Notes: a model not told the origin generated them from the sequence alone. A stretch of 64,000 bases of DNA from Lama guanicoe (GCA_013239625.1 MU053754.1:865379-929378), one strand, 5' to 3'. Shown: positions 47,201 to 61,305, numbered from the stretch's first letter. Program-made: numbers and translations.

Positions 47201-50200
47201 AGGCTGCGCCTTTAAAAGGGGTTGGAAGTGTGTAAATTTTAAATTCAGGAAGTATTGACTGGGTACCTCTTCTATATCCGATCTTGAATCTCATTTGCAA
47301 GCCCACAACAGGGCCAAGAAGGGACAGTCCTGGGTGGAAACCTTATGAAGCCGGTTAGACGTGAAGGAAGACGAATGTTTACCAGGTCAGTTGGAAGGCA
47401 GCCATTGAGTCACTGTGACCGCGTCCTTTTCTCACAGCAGTCTTGCAGAGAGGGATTTCTTGTCACAGATGAAGAAAGTTCAGCTCCTGGTGCTGGAGCC
47501 ACTTGTCCAGTATCACACAACTGCAGGGAGTGGACTTGAGCTCAGTTTCATCTCTATCCAAATAAAAAGCCCCAATTTTGCACTCATGACATCCTCCCAC
47601 CCATGCAGGTTTGATCCAAAAGCGCAGGACACAGGAGCAGAAATTGAGGAGGGTCAGGAGAACTACTGACGTGCTGCCAAGTACCCAGTAGCCAGAGAGA
47701 GTGGGCAGGTGTGGGACAGGGCATGGAGGGAGCACCTGGGCGGGGTGCAGACGCAGGGACTGTGGGGTGGAAAGGGGAGCCGTGAAGAGTGGAGAGACAC
47801 ACACTGGAGAAGCATCGCCATGGTGGCAGGGGGTGAACTGGCCCCATGGGAATGCGGAGTCCACCACACGCAAGCTGTGTGAAGGTGAGAATGTGTACAT
47901 CTCCCAACCTCATGCTCCTACGTAAGAGAAGGGTGAGAACACAGTTTCCGTACCGTTTGGGAATTCAGTAAAATACTGTATGTAAATCATGTAGACTTAC
48001 CCATGTAGCACATAAAATGCGACTGAATGTAAGTTTCTTTCCCCTCCGAGGACTCTCGCTGCACGAGCAGTATTTAGTAATGTTTGCACCTCGGATCCCT
48101 GTCTGTAGGAAGTGTATTGTGCATGGAAAGAATGTGGGGGGGTCTGGAAGCTGAACCCCCATTCCTGCAGAGAGAAACTGAGGGCAAGTCATGCCCTGGG
48201 AACTCCATTTCAACTCGGTCATTCCACATTGGTTACGGTGGACAGACCTGAACCCCAGAGGGACGTGGGTGATGCAGATGTGTTTTGCTGGAGTGTGGTG
48301 TCAACTGTAAACCTCCCAGGGTGTCCCAGGATAAAGTAACTGCTGTTCTTCCATTTTGAAAAGTAGCAACTGTTTTGAAACACGTTTTCCATGCCAGACC
48401 TCTTTTTTCACCTCCCTGGATTTCTCATTCATGATGTTAGAAGGAGTCTGACAGCTACAAAGTGACATTTCCAACGGAGAAAAGAAAGCAAGGCAAGGTT
48501 TTTACAAATTACTTACACAGTGTGTTGAGTTCAAGAGAAAAGTTGCATTTTACGGTGAAGAACGAAGCCTTTCTAAACCTCCTGGTAAGCTGAGAACCCG
48601 CTCTGGGAGACTTTTCATTGGAAATACCCAGTGACCAAGGCACTTCTTATCCTAAAAGGTATCCTGAGTTCACACTTCATCAGGCCGGGGGTGTTAGGGT
48701 CTGGAAGCAATGACGAATCAACCAGATTCCAACACTGAACTTGAAGTGTTCCGTTTCACAGTGAAATTCAATCCTATTATATGCATTTTTCTCTAAAGAT
48801 GAATAAACCATATTGGAAACACTATATAGTTGAAAAATCTGTGTAGGTTTTCTCCTTTGTTAAGCTTATTCTCTGAATAACAAAACGAAAACACTGAAAA
48901 GGGAAGGAATTTTAGGGAGGAAAACAGAAGACATGTTAGGAAAAAATTAGAGTCAGTATATAATGTTAAGCATAGAGAAAGAAGAAAATTGTTAATAAAT
49001 AAAAAAGTGCTTTGGTGTTAGACCTACAAATGTATGTTAGTTCTGCTGCTTTCTTGTTGGTTACATTTTTCTTTGTGTTTATTACAAATGCTTTGCCAAT
49101 ATTTTAAAATATTTTTTACATATAAATAATACATAAAATATTATAAGATGATATAAAATATTAAAATATTTTTAACAGACACGTATAAGGAATGTCATAA
49201 AGAACGGTTTTGCAGCTTGCACCTAGATTTTGTATGTTGCCTTATTTGCTTCAGACTTTTAAAAAATATTACAGACAGAATCATGGACCACATGTGCTGT
49301 TCCCCATCCCTTTCTGACCTACCCTTCCCGCACATAACTGCTAACCCTGCTTGCTTTTTATTGTCCCAGTGTGAGCTACTACACTTTAATTGTCCATGTG
49401 CGTCTGTAAACAATACATAGTACAGTTCAGTAGGATTGACTTAGGGAAATGGCATCATAGTGTCAATATTCTTTTGTACTTGCTTTGTTCACACAAAGTT
49501 ATGTGTTTGAGTGGCAGTCATGTTATTACATAAGGGTGTAAATTCATTGATTTTAGATGTAGGATGGATTACTTGGTGTGTGTGTAATGATGTACATTAT
49601 CCTATCAATGTACCTTATGGCGGTATATATGTTACAGTGTACCTGGACATTATCCTGTGAATGAACATCAGAGTTGCTCCCAGTTTTTTTTCACCATTAC
49701 CCACGATGCTGTAACTTGTTTACACAGTATTTGGAACCCCAATCCAGAGATTTTTGGATTGCATCCTGGGTGTCCAGAGTTTTGAGAGTCCCCCAGGAGA
49801 TCATAATGGGCATCCCAGTTTCCTTGATCAGATCTCTCCTGACCAGCGTAGTCAGGTTCAGTGAGTGGTGGGTGACCAGGCTTTGCTCTTTGTGAAGAGT
49901 CAAACGGGCACCTGGGATTGAGATAAACCCTTCCTCTAAAGAAAAACTTGCATTTGGTGGGCAAGGAATGAGGCACAAGAACATACATTGCTCCGCATTC
50001 TAGAATAGTGACTCTAACGTGCCACCAGGGTTGGGAAGTTGTGCCCGAGCGTGTACGCGTGGGGGCAGAATTCCCAGGTGGTCCCAGTGGCAGCAACCAG
50101 TGCAGCGTTCACTTTGCTCAGTGTTGCCAGTCGCCCACCCAGGGAATTACATCACCGGTGTATGTTCCCACAAAGGCAGAGTAATCCCGCTCATTTGGGG

Positions 50201-50499
50201 TGGACATGCATGCCTTTGTCATGTTTTGTAATTCTTGGACTCACAGGTCAAGCTCTTTTCTGGACATTTTCCATTTGGGCTCACCCTTCAATAAAATTGC
50301 ATCCCATTATAATTTGCTGATTTTTAAATGTCTTGAATTTTAAAATTAACTATCACTTTAAAAAATATATATCCAGATACAATCTATGTCAGTAAATTGA
50401 AGTTGCATAAGCAGTCTTTCCTTCGGTCTCTTGATTTTTACCTCATTCGTGGTGTCTTTCCCTGTGCAAAATAAAAGGAAATAATGTCCAATTTTCAGT

Positions 50500-51660
50500 T
50501 TTTTTATGAAGTGTTAAAAGTTGATTTACATAGTGCTAGTTTGCGGAATTCTGTAAAGTGCATACACTTGTGCAGAACACACCCGGTCAATACACAGAAC
50601 ATTTCGTCACCCCAGAAATTTCCCTCGTGCCCCCGCCCAGTTGGTCTCTGCTCACCCCACCCAGCCCCAGCCCAGAGCCAGCTGTTCTCAGTTCTTTCAC
50701 CATGGATTGGCTTTGCCTGTTCTGAAACATCCTGTAAAGGTGATTCTTTCCAAGTGTTCTGTTTTCTGTTTGGCTTTTCTCCACTTAAGCAGTATTCTCG
50801 AGGCACAGGCACGTTAGTGGGTGTGGACACAGCTCATCCCTTGGACTGCAGGGGGTGCTTGCTGCATGAATAGGCAGGCAGTTGGTCCCTCCTCCTGCGG
50901 ATGCCCCTTTCGATGGTCTCCAGTGTTGGGCTGTGACGAATAAAACTTGGGCGAGCACGTCCTTGTGAGGACATGTATCTTCATTCCTCTTGGGTCGGTA
51001 TTTGGGAATGGAATCTCTGGATCGTGGTGCACGTCTGACTTTATAAGATCCTGCCGAAGTGTGTTCCGAAGGAGCACAGCCCACGTGCCCCTTCAACAAC
51101 ATGGGGGTGATGGTGGCTTCCCAGTCACGCCCACTTTCGGTCATCTCAGTCATTCGGGGGGGTGTTGAGTAGGCTCTCTGTGGGACTTAAACTTGCCCCT
51201 CTCCGGTGGGTGATGATGTAAAGACTTTCTCTTGGTCATGCACATATTTTTGTGGAGTGTCTGCACAAGCCCTTCACTCATTTCCATTTTCTTCAGAGAA
51301 ACGAATATTTTCTTATATAGTATATTGTAATGCATGGACTGGCCAGACATGTGTTTGTGATTATTTTCCATTCAGCATCTTTATGTTTCATTTTCTTAAA
51401 GGTATCTTTTGATGACTAGGAGATTTTTTTCTTAAATTTTGAAATGCCTAATTTGTTACCTTTTCCTTTATAATTAATGCATTCTGCGTCCTGTTTAAGA
51501 AGTCAGTCTTTGGCCACCTCCGTACCATACAATGTACTTTTGTTTTCTTCTAGAAGTTTTTTGTCACATCAGATTGGGTGTTTTGGTCTCTGATGCGTTC
51601 AGATTTACAATCTTTCGATGTAGACATCCGGTTGTTTCATCACCACTTCTGGAAATGTAT
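50500..51660 (-). mobile_element. Old L1 (L1MB/ME-like) 3' end
   Basis: ..CAGAACATTTCGTCACCCCAGAAA..GGAATGGAATCTCTGGATCGTGG..TGATGATGT..TTTTGATGA are antisense L1 motifs. Confidence 0.7.
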
Positions 51661-52029
51661 TTACTTCTTTAATTGGCATGTGGTCAGCTCAGTTCAGACC
51701 CTGCCTTCTCTCCTCCTTTCTCCGGACGGCAGTGCCAACTCAGATCGAGTTTCAGAGCCTGGGCTGGGCTGTGTGAGTCTGTCTGATGCATGCCTCCCCT
51801 GGAGGCTAATCTGAGTCCGGAAGTGGTTTATACCCGAGTTAAGGGCTCAAGCCTTAGCTCTGCTTCTGGGGTCTGCTCCATGCATGCAGTTTTGGAGTTA
51901 AGATCAAGAGCAAGACTTGAGTTGGCTGGTGCAGAGAGTAGAGGATGCCTTTCCTCACTCCTCTCTGTCTGGAATTAGCCCCACGTAGGATCTCCAGATA
52001 AAGCTTAGAACCGTTCAGATACACAACGA

Positions 52030-52135
52030 AAAATTTTTCAGTAGAGAGCATACTTATGTTAAAGAACTGTTGTTTATCTCAAATTTTAATTTCACCAGGG
52101 ATCCTGTATTTTTATTTGCTAAATCTGCCAAGCAT
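52030..52135. mobile_element. MER33-like hAT-Charlie end
   Basis: ATACTTATGTTAAA..GTTGTTTATCTCAAATTTTAATTT..TCCTGTATTTTTATTTGCTAAATCTG. Confidence 0.6.
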
Positions 52136-52819
52136 ACCCCACACTCTGGTTCCCAGGTACCTGGGATTGCTCTGGCCAGAAGGAAAGACAGGTTTTTATG
52201 AGGGTTTTAGCTGCATTGCCCCCACCCCAATTATGTGTAGTTCTGGGTGGCCTCTTTGGGATAACTTGGAGAGAGAGGAAAGAGAGAAAGCGGTACCAGG
52301 ATTCAGCAGCAGTCCACAGGCAACAGAGTTTCTTTTCCCTTTTGCTCTGGAGAAAAGAAATAGGATGGGTCTCCTTTGGGGACGTGACCTGTCTGCGCCT
52401 GTAAGCTGCCACCACAACAGTGCACCCGTTCAACTGGGATCAGCCGAGAGAGAGACAGAGGAAAAACCCAAAGCTGCAAGAAACGGGGGTTCCCAGCACT
52501 CTCTCGGGCACACAGGGCCCCTTCCTCTGGGTCTCTGGCCGGAACCAGGGGCTTCCTCCTGGAGTTACGTTGTCTCACTGCCCAGTTCCGGACAGCCGGC
52601 CGTCTGGTCAGAGCTGGGAGACCAACAGGGCAGAAATGGGAAACTCAGTCCCATTATGGGACCTAATTCAGGTGTTTAAGTCCCCCGTGTGCCTGTTGTT
52701 TACTTCTTAGAGATTTCAAGTCATTGTTGGGGGCTTTTGTCTGGAGAGTTTAGCTGTGCTTAGAGGAAGAAGGAAGCCATCATTGGCGTAGTCCCTCTGG
52801 GCCCCATGACTGTTTTTTG

Positions 52820-55150
52820 AAAAATCTCTCCTTTTCCTCATAAAATTATTTTGGCATGCTTTTGTTTCACGATGCATGCGGTGTGTGTCCCTTTCTGAGC
52901 ACTCAGTTTTGTTCCCTTGATCTCTTCATGGGTCCTACTCAGTCCTGATTCAGTCTTGGCTACTCTGGCTTCAGAAGAACTTTGGAAAGCATGCCACGTG
53001 AGTCCTCCAGATTTGTTTCTCAAAGTTGTTTTGGCTGTTCTGGGTCCTTTACGACTCCCTGTAAATTTCAGGAATTGCTTGTCAACTGAGTTCGCTGGAG
53101 ATGGAATTAGAATTGTGTTCCATCTATAGATAATCTGCAGAGAATTGAGCTCTTAACAATATTGTCTTCTAATCCGTGAGCATGATTTATCTTTTCACTG
53201 ATAGAAATCTACTTTAATTTCCTCTCAGCAAAGCTTCATTATTTCAGGGTAGAGGTTTTGCTCCACTTTTGTTAAATTTATCCTTAACGTTCTGTGTGTA
53301 ATGGCGTCATTGTAGGTGACATTTTTGGTTCTTAAAATTCCATTTGTTTGTTACCACTGTGTAGAAATAGAACTCACCTTTGATTATTGACCTTTGATTC
53401 TGTACCATGCTAAATTCACTAATCAGGACTCATAGTTGTTTACGTACCTCAGCATTTGCTACGTGCAAAGTCATGTTTCTGCAGTGATACTCCTCTCCCT
53501 TCTTAATAGTCTTACCTTAAATAATACAGCTTGTTGTTTTATTACATTATGACCTCCAATACAGTATTGCATAGAAAATGAGAGTGAATATTGTCTTTTT
53601 CACCTTTATTTTAATGGAACATGTTTGGTTTTTTTACAATTAAGACTTCCATAACCACAACTTGGTCTTGAATTTATCAAAAGCCCTTTCTGCATCTACG
53701 AAAATCACCGTATTTTTCTCTTGTAAATTACTAATACAAGTTTTGTTGGTTGGTTTTTGCACGGCTAATCCAGCCTCGCATTTGTGGAATGAATCTCACT
53801 TGCCCATAACATGTTACCTTTCATTCCTGATCGCCGCTGAATTTGATTTTGTAAAGAATGGTTGTGTTTGTTTTATTTCTTAATCAATTCTCAATCTGGT
53901 TTTGGCTTCAGGCTTATTCTGGCTTTGCTAACTCATGTGTATAGTACATGAGTTTTCTTCGCTTCCTCTCTTTTCTGAAGGAGTTCGTAAGCTTTATAGT
54001 GTTCCTTCCTTTAATGTTTCTTAGAATCCATCAACAGAGCTGTTTGGTCTCCAACTTTGTTTGGAGTGAAGTTTTCATTACCAAATCAATGTCAGGGCTG
54101 TTCTGATTTTGTGTCTCCGGTGTCTCTATTCTGATAAATTAATGTCAGTTTTATCTAAGCGTTTAAATTTATTGCCCTGGAGTTTTCTCTCAGCACCTCC
54201 TTAATGTCACGTAGTAAGTTCAGTGATGTCCCTTATGTCCTTAATACCAGTGACCACCCCCGCTGTACTCCACCTCTCCCTCCCTCTCGTCCTCTTCCAT
54301 CTCCCCCTGCCTTCCCCATGCCACCCCCCACCCCACCATGTTGGATCAGGTCTCTGCATTTTATTGTTTTCAATGGACCAAATTTTGGTTTGGTTGATAT
54401 TTGCTATTATTTCTTCTATGTCCTTAATGATTTGTGTGGGGGGGGATCCTGCTTTTTCTAACAATTCCTGAGAGAAGATTTTTGACATATGTCTTCCCTT
54501 TTATTACCTTCTGGCACAATTTTATAAGCTAGAAATTGTAAATTTTTGAATGAGAAACCTGCCAGCACCAGAATTGCAGCTCATTTCAGGTAAGCTGGGC
54601 TACCTGTGTGGTGTCTTCGATCACTTTAATTTAACCCTCGAAACTCTGCAGTTTGACTAGGGTTGTCAAGGGTTCAGTCATTTTTGGTTGATCCTGCTCG
54701 GTGTTTGATTGCACTCTTGACTGGCGTGCTCTGGCCTTTCTTAATTTCTGTGAAGTTGCCAGCTGTTGATTTTTAAATGTTTATTTCCTCCTGGAACTTT
54801 AATTAAACGTAGGTAGCAGCTTTTCAGTTTGTTTCCCATATTGCTTAATCCTTTTTTGTATTTTTCTTCTTTCTGTCTCAGTGCCGACTCTGATTAATTT
54901 GTCCACACTGCCTTCCTGGTTACGAATTGTCTATTTGGATTTGCCCAGTCTAGTGTATATTCTGTTTTTTTGAGTACTTAAAATTTTTTTGAGAATGTAT
55001 TTTTCATCTTAAGTATTTCTAATTATCTTTCTTTTTTTAATCCATCTTTATTCCATATCACACTTTTTCCCAATTTCTTTTCTTTTTTTTTTTAAGATTC
55101 AACTTCCATTTTATCCTTTTGGATACATCCAGAATACTTCTTTTTAAATC
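52820..55150 (-). mobile_element. Highly degraded ancient L1 ORF2 remnants
   Basis: GTTTTGGCTGTTCTGGGTCCTTT..AATTTCAGGAATTGCTTGTCA..AGCCCTTTCTGCATCTA.. are antisense L1 motifs. Boundaries are approximate. Confidence 0.6.
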
Positions 55151-55226
55151 TCCATCACGTTTCTGTGTTCTTAGTTTCATGCGGACTAAGCTTATTTTAG
55201 AACCACTGGTTTCTTTGGCTGTCTTT

Positions 55227-55272
55227 TTTTTTTTTTTCCACTGAAGTATAGTCAGTTTACAATGTTGTGTCC
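55227..55272 (-). mobile_element. Ultra-short L1 3'-end insertion with a perfect 12-bp TSD
   Basis: TTGGCTGTCTTT at 55215-55226 and 55273-55284 flanks T-tail + CCACTGAAGTATAGTCAGTTTACAATGTTGTGT. Confidence 0.9.
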
Positions 55273-55790
55273 TTGGCTGTCTTTCTTAGTCTCATGCTGC
55301 TCTGTATGCCTGTGAATGTGTATTCAGAGAAGGATTTTGTTAAGGAGTCCTTAGTCCAAGGGTCCACCGTGGTTGTTAATCTCTGGCCACAGTGAGTCTG
55401 GGAGCAGAGCTGCTCCTCATAGCTCTAAGTGAAGCAGTCGCTTTATCTCCTGGTTAGAAGTGTGTCTACTGCATCTGGGCCCTGAAGGCACACCCTTCAA
55501 ATAAGCTCAAGCCACCTGGCAGCACAAAAGAGCCGCCACCTCGCCACTTCTGTCCAGCATAGTTTCTTAGTTCCCCTCTCCCCTACACCTGTAGGCATCA
55601 GTGACCCTGATGATGGTCTGTCTCCTCCCCGTGGCGGTCAGACCGAGCAGGTGCAGGGGCGTGTTTGGATCCTTACCCTGAACGGAGGGCTGCAGCCCAA
55701 CCTGGCAGCCCTTCCGCTGAAGAGCACTCTTTGGTCTGGCCTCCTTCTGGTCCAGGAAGTGGACTGAGCCACGTCTCTCAGAAAGCTGTA

Positions 55791-55938
55791 GGGGAAGAGT
55801 ATAGCTCAATTGGTAGAGCAGATGCTGAGCACACAAAATGTCCTGGGTTCAATCCCCAGTACCTCCTCCAAAATAAATAAATAGTAAACCTGATTACCTC
55901 CCACCATCAGGAAAAAAAAAAAACAGAAAAAAATAGAG
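55791..55938 (+). mobile_element. tRNA-derived SINE (Vic-1-like)
   Basis: A box TAGCTCAATTGG, B box GGTTCAATCCC, ATTACCTCCC and an A tail. TSD AAGCTGTA on both sides. Confidence 0.88.
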
Positions 55939-58900
55939 AAGCTGTAACGGGAGCGTCGTTGATCTTCAAGTGAGAAAAGGAACAGAAAGATGAAGTGTTG
56001 GGAGAAAACTGGTTTGGTGGAATGCATCAACTTTTTCTTTTTTTGAGTTCCTACTATGTGCTGTGTGGACAGATGGAAAAGAACAGAGTTCCCCGCCCTT
56101 AGTGATTGTGTTACGGTCAGTTGCTTACAGTCAAGAGTCAGGTGGATTGCTAGTTACGTGAAATGGGACAAAGCAGTATATTCCTCTAAGACCTCCATGT
56201 CCATCTCTGTGCCATAACAATCGGAATTAACATCCCCTGAGCTTCTCCTAAGGGCTGGCAGCTAACTGCTCTACGTGGAGCAGCACATTCAGTCCTGGAA
56301 GCTTCCTGATAAGCAGGCACCATGGTTGCCAATCCCTTTTCCTAATTACCCGGCATCACAGAAGACAAAATGTGTAGTCCTGAGATTTACAAAGGGCCCG
56401 CTCCTTACATGATGCTGTGGTGCCTTCTGTGCCTAAAACAGTGAAACCTGTTTTCCGCCTTAGCTCAGAGGAGCGAGTGAGGCTCCAGCCCAGAGCGCAC
56501 ACTCAAAATGTTAGTCCATCAGCAGTGTGGGGGCGACATCTAATGGTGTTACACCCAGTGAGAGATGTCCATCCATTTTTCCTAGGATTTCTTCTGACGT
56601 CCCCTGCCGTCCCTGCACCGTGACTGTCCTCGACACAGCCCCATCCGTCTCGTTTTCTTCCTCCGTTTGTATACATTTTGTAACACTAACTGGTTGCTAT
56701 CTCGAGGGTTGAACTTAAAACCTTGAACTCTTCAAAGGCCATGTTTTCTTTTCAAATCGAATGTTATGATTTGCATCAAGGGCCATGCATGATGTGTCAC
56801 GAGTAGGGTTGAGACAATAGTCTGATGCGTGTAAAGGCAGATCCAGGACAGCACCTTCAGAATAAGGAGGAATGTATGGCTGGAGTCACGTTGAGAACGT
56901 GGTGCTCGGGACAGAAACTGGCAAGGCGGCGCTTGGGGGATCATCATGCTGCGTGTGTCCCACGAGGAACAGAGCCCAGTGAGGCTGATGTCAAGCCATG
57001 CGTACTGATGGGACAGGAAGCTACACTGCTGGCCGGGGCAGAGTCTCCATCAGCGTCTCCCCAGACCCAGTCACTGAGTACCAAGGTCAGGAAGTCCGCC
57101 ATGTCCTCTTGGCCCCATACTCCTCTTCAATTACGTGTTCCTTGAACTCACCGTGAGATTTAAATAACTATAACTGAAAGACACACTGTGTATCGTGACT
57201 CTGACTTTAACCCCATTGGCTCATGTCACCTGCACGTCTTCGTGGGCTCATGGACGGGTTAGTTGGGACGTGGGATCTGGATTTCTGCACTTTTCTGGGC
57301 TTTTCCTGCTTTCATCCCGTCATTCTGACATCCTTCATGCCCCTGCTCTGTAGACCCCTTAACACCAGCATCCAGGACTTTCCAGCGTAAGGCCAGGCAC
57401 TGTGTTGCTGGGTCATCTCTGAACCTGTCAATGCCCCGGAAAGAGGCCCCCTTGGTCTCCAGGGCCTGGGGTACCGCGGTGAGTCACTGAGGGAAGGAGA
57501 GCAGGATGCGCCTGATTGCTGGTTGCTGTGGAAACCGGGACCCTCCCGCCCACACTGTGTGTGATGATGCCCTGGCGGGTGGGGTGAGGGTCGGGGGTGT
57601 GTTAGGAGGACCAGGGAGAGTCATGCAACACTGACCCAGCTCCACAGTGAGCTAATTAGGGCGTGAAGCGTAATGTTAAATCTGGCACGCTTAAGAAACC
57701 AGTTAGCAGATATGAAAAGCATCCATTTTACACTCTTTAGTGAACTCAACATGCGCCTTTCATCTCCGGAGAAATCTTAGAAATATCTGGACACCTAATC
57801 CTAGGCTTCTTATTATTTGCATTAAAATTATATAAGTAGTGTTTAAGAGAAACAAAGGTTAAAGTTTTTGTGTGTATGTGCAAAATAAATATCACATAGA
57901 ATCCCATCTATCTCTGCCGTTGGATTATGAGATATACGTCTTTTTTAATTGTTTACCAAAAATTTTGTAATGGTTTATAATTCATCTTTAATACCTTCAA
58001 ATCATAATTTACGCCTTGTCCGTACCATGCAAGAAGGTCCTACCCACCCTGTCTTTGGTGCTGTTTTGGGGGCATGTTTCACTTCAACGTATATGTTAAA
58101 CCCAAAATATATTATTATATTTTCCTCTAAAGTGTTAGATATCTTTAAAGAAGTTTTAAAACAAGGAGCTGAAACGCTTTTCTGTTTGCCCACGTATTTA
58201 CCATCCTGTCACCCTTCAGTCTGTAGAAATTCCATTTTCCGTCTGGGACCATTTCCACTGTGCCTGAGAAATTGCGTTTACTGTTTCTTAACGTGCAGGT
58301 CTTCTGTGAAAGCCGAGGAATTTTCACTGTGTGAAACATGATAGACTGACAGGTGGCTGGTTGTTTCTGTTTTCTTTCCTTTTCTGCACTTTCTAGATGC
58401 CATTTCACTGCCTTCTGGTGAGCGCAGTGCCCATGGGGTGAGCCTGTATGTCTTAATTCACAGAAAGAAAAAAGGAATACAGAGCAGTTAAAGAGGGTGA
58501 TCCGAATTGATTTCTGCATCCTCAAAATTGGCATCTCAATCTGCTAACGCCTTCTCAAGTTCACGTCAGCGAGATAGACTCCAGTTTTCCCCTGAGAGTT
58601 TGTACTCTGTATGTATTTTGGGGGGCTGATGGACAGACACCATGTGTCTGAAGTGGACTTGACTAGTTTTGAAGAAGGAAAGTGGTTAGGAGCTTAACTG
58701 GCTAATTCATCACAGTAAACAAAGGGTGTTCCAAGGGTAGGTGACCCCAGAGACATCAGTGCCTCCTTAATTAACTCTGTGTGTGCTTGGCATTGGTGTG
58801 CCAGTAAGCGCCGCGTAGGTCTCGCTGTTTCGATGGCCCTGGAAGCCACGGCTATTTCTGGACATTCCTCCAAAACCCATTGGTCCAAAGTTTGACTCAT

Positions 58901-59309
58901 TTATCTGGTTCTGCAGAAATGCCTGTGAGTTAGTGCAAGGACTGCCTAGGATGTTTTTTTTTTTTGCCCTTCATTTAACTGGGGAAGCAACAAATTGGGC
59001 TAGAACCAGCTGATTGTTTTTTTTCATCCTATGGACATACTCCTATAAATAATAGGATTAAATAATTGGATAGGTGTTATTTTTATTGCCAAAATTTCAA
59101 CGAAGAGCTTCACGTGTTGATGGCAATTTTAACTTTCGGAAACCACGTTCAGCAGGGATAATCAAGGAACACACAGTCTTTATTTTGTCTCCACCGAGTG
59201 TCCAGGAATTGGAGGGGAGGGCGGGCCTGTGTTGTGCTAAGCGGCCGTGTGCATTGGGTCTGGTGGTTTGGTTCATTTCTTTAAAAGTAAAATGGTGCTG
59301 CCATTTAGG

Positions 59310-59802
59310 GGTTTTTTTTTAATTTTTGAAACATTTTATACAGTTTTAAAGGTTACTTTCCATTCACAGTTATGACAAAACACTGGCTCTGTTCCCCGTG
59401 TTTTACAGTCCATCTCTGAGCCTCTCTTACATTTTTGTACCTCCCCCTCCCTCACCCCATTACTGCCCCTCCCCCTTCCCCGCTGGTCACCACTGGTTTG
59501 TTCTCTGTATCTGTGAGTCTGCTTCTGTTTTGTTATATTTGTTAGTTGTATTTTTGAGATTCCACATATAAGTGATACCACACACCATTTGTCTTTCTCT
59601 GTCTGACTTGGCATAATGCCCTCCAAGTCCATCCATGTTACTGCAAATAGCTAGATTTCATTCTTTTGTATGGCTGAGTAATATTCCACTGCGTGTGTGT
59701 GTGTGTGTGTGTGTGTGTCTGCATCTCACATCTTCTTTATCCATTCATCTCTTGATGGACGCTTAGTTTGCTTCCGTATCTTGACAGTTGTAAACAATGC
59801 TA
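59310..59802 (-). mobile_element. L1 3' end and ORF2 C-terminus, with an internal (TG)n
   Basis: Minus-strand translation MDLEGIM..SQTEKDK..SLICGI is the L1 ORF2 C-terminus, followed by 3' UTR motifs. Confidence 0.9.
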
Positions 59803-61178
59803 TTTTATAGAAAACACGGATATTTTGGGGGAAATTTATTTGAACTCTCACAAATGAATTCCAGATTATAAGAAAATTATTGTCTTGGTTTTATTGCTCT
59901 TGTCTTTGCCATATTACAAGCTTCCAAATTATCAAGGGGGAAAGATAAAACTATAAAAAAAATTAAATTTTGAAAGATGGGATTAGGAAAAAAAAGTAGA
60001 AACTGGTTGATTATGAAGCAATAACAAAATCCTTAGAAAACAGAAATTGTGTATTTCTTCTAGGAAAAGAAAGTGCATTTGAAAACACTGTTACTGCTTA
60101 AAATACCACGTACAATGCCAAATTGCCCAGAAATGTATTACTCTGGATGCAGAGCGGAAGGTGGTTTGTTCCAGGTTGACTTTGCAGTGAGCTTAGAGTT
60201 ATAAGGAAACCGCTGGTTGGTAATTGCTTCCAAAGTGTGTGGGCTGCAGCCAGCAGTGCAGCCTGGGCACGGGCAGGGACCTCCACATCTTGGGCTCCAG
60301 GCAGCCTCCCTGACAGTCCACAGTAGGCAGCAGGTCATCAGTGCTCCTCCCCACAGGTTAGAACCACCACCAGCCCCTCAGCCAGCAGGTACCACCGGCG
60401 TTGGAATTCCTGAGAGATAGTGCACTACTCATTACTGTATTGAACGGAACTCAAGGACCAGTGCATAAAAGTCATAAACGTGAGAGCAAAGGCTGACTAG
60501 CTGAACTGGCTTGGAAAGCTTCATGTTTGTAAGCACTTGATGCAAAGTGACCAACTGCGGGCTGTTCACAGACTATCACACAGACAGAAAAACACATACA
60601 GTTGGCTGCAACCCTTCCTCAGTGATTTAATGACATTAATTGAGCTTCCACTGGGTGCCAGGCAGTGATGAATGCTTTGGAGGAATAAAGAAGACAGATT
60701 CCCTGCTGGGTGAGGAAGCATGCGCACAGTGGTGCTCGTGCAATATGATCATCGATGTGGGTTCTCCAAGCATCTTAGCAGATGATGTGTTAGACTGATC
60801 ACCGGTAGGCAGGCCAGGGTGACTGTAACGAATCAGTGATTCTCATTAGATAAGTTAAAAGGAACATGTGTCTTGAGTGCTGGAATTCTTTATCTGCAAA
60901 CTATGTTAATCCTCCTACACTGAAAGTTACTGCCTACACTGAAAGTAGCTTTTCGGGAGTGATTATAACTCATTAGCGTCTAGGCTTGGAGACCAAGGGA
61001 CGTCTACGGCACATAAATATGTAAAAAGGTGACACCACAGAAAAAGAGCACAGGTATTTTTTTCTCAGAGCAGTGGCCTTAATATTACCGATTTCTGAAA
61101 GCAACATCAGGATTTCAAACAAGAGAACATTTATGGAGTATAAATTTTACTTTTACTCGATGTTAACACGAGTTTTCG

Positions 61179-61305
61179 GGGAGGGTATAGTTCAAGTAGT
61201 AGAGTGTATGCTTAGCATATACAAGGTCCTGGGTTCAATCCCCAGTACCTCCTCTAAAAATAAATGAACAAGTAAACCTAATTACCTCCCCCCCCCAAAA
61301 AAAAC
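61179..61305 (+). mobile_element. tRNA-derived SINE (Vic-1-like) with 12-bp TSD
   Basis: GGGAGGGTATAGTTCAAGTAGTAGAG..GGTTCAATCCCCAGTACCTC..ATTACCTCCCC plus an A tail. TSD CACGAGTTTTCG (61167-61178) / CACAAGTTTTCG (61306-61317). Confidence 0.9.

Noticed and set aside
52056..52679. 207-aa ORF, the longest gap-free ORF
   Set aside because: It begins in a MER33-like relic and runs through sequence resembling an ancient L1 5' region. No domain is recognisable.
56715..57150. Possible ERV LTR
   Set aside because: The composition is suggestive, but I could not identify termini, a TSD or a family with confidence.
60914..60946. CCTACACTGAAAGT repeated at 19-bp spacing
   Set aside because: An ordinary slippage micro-duplication.
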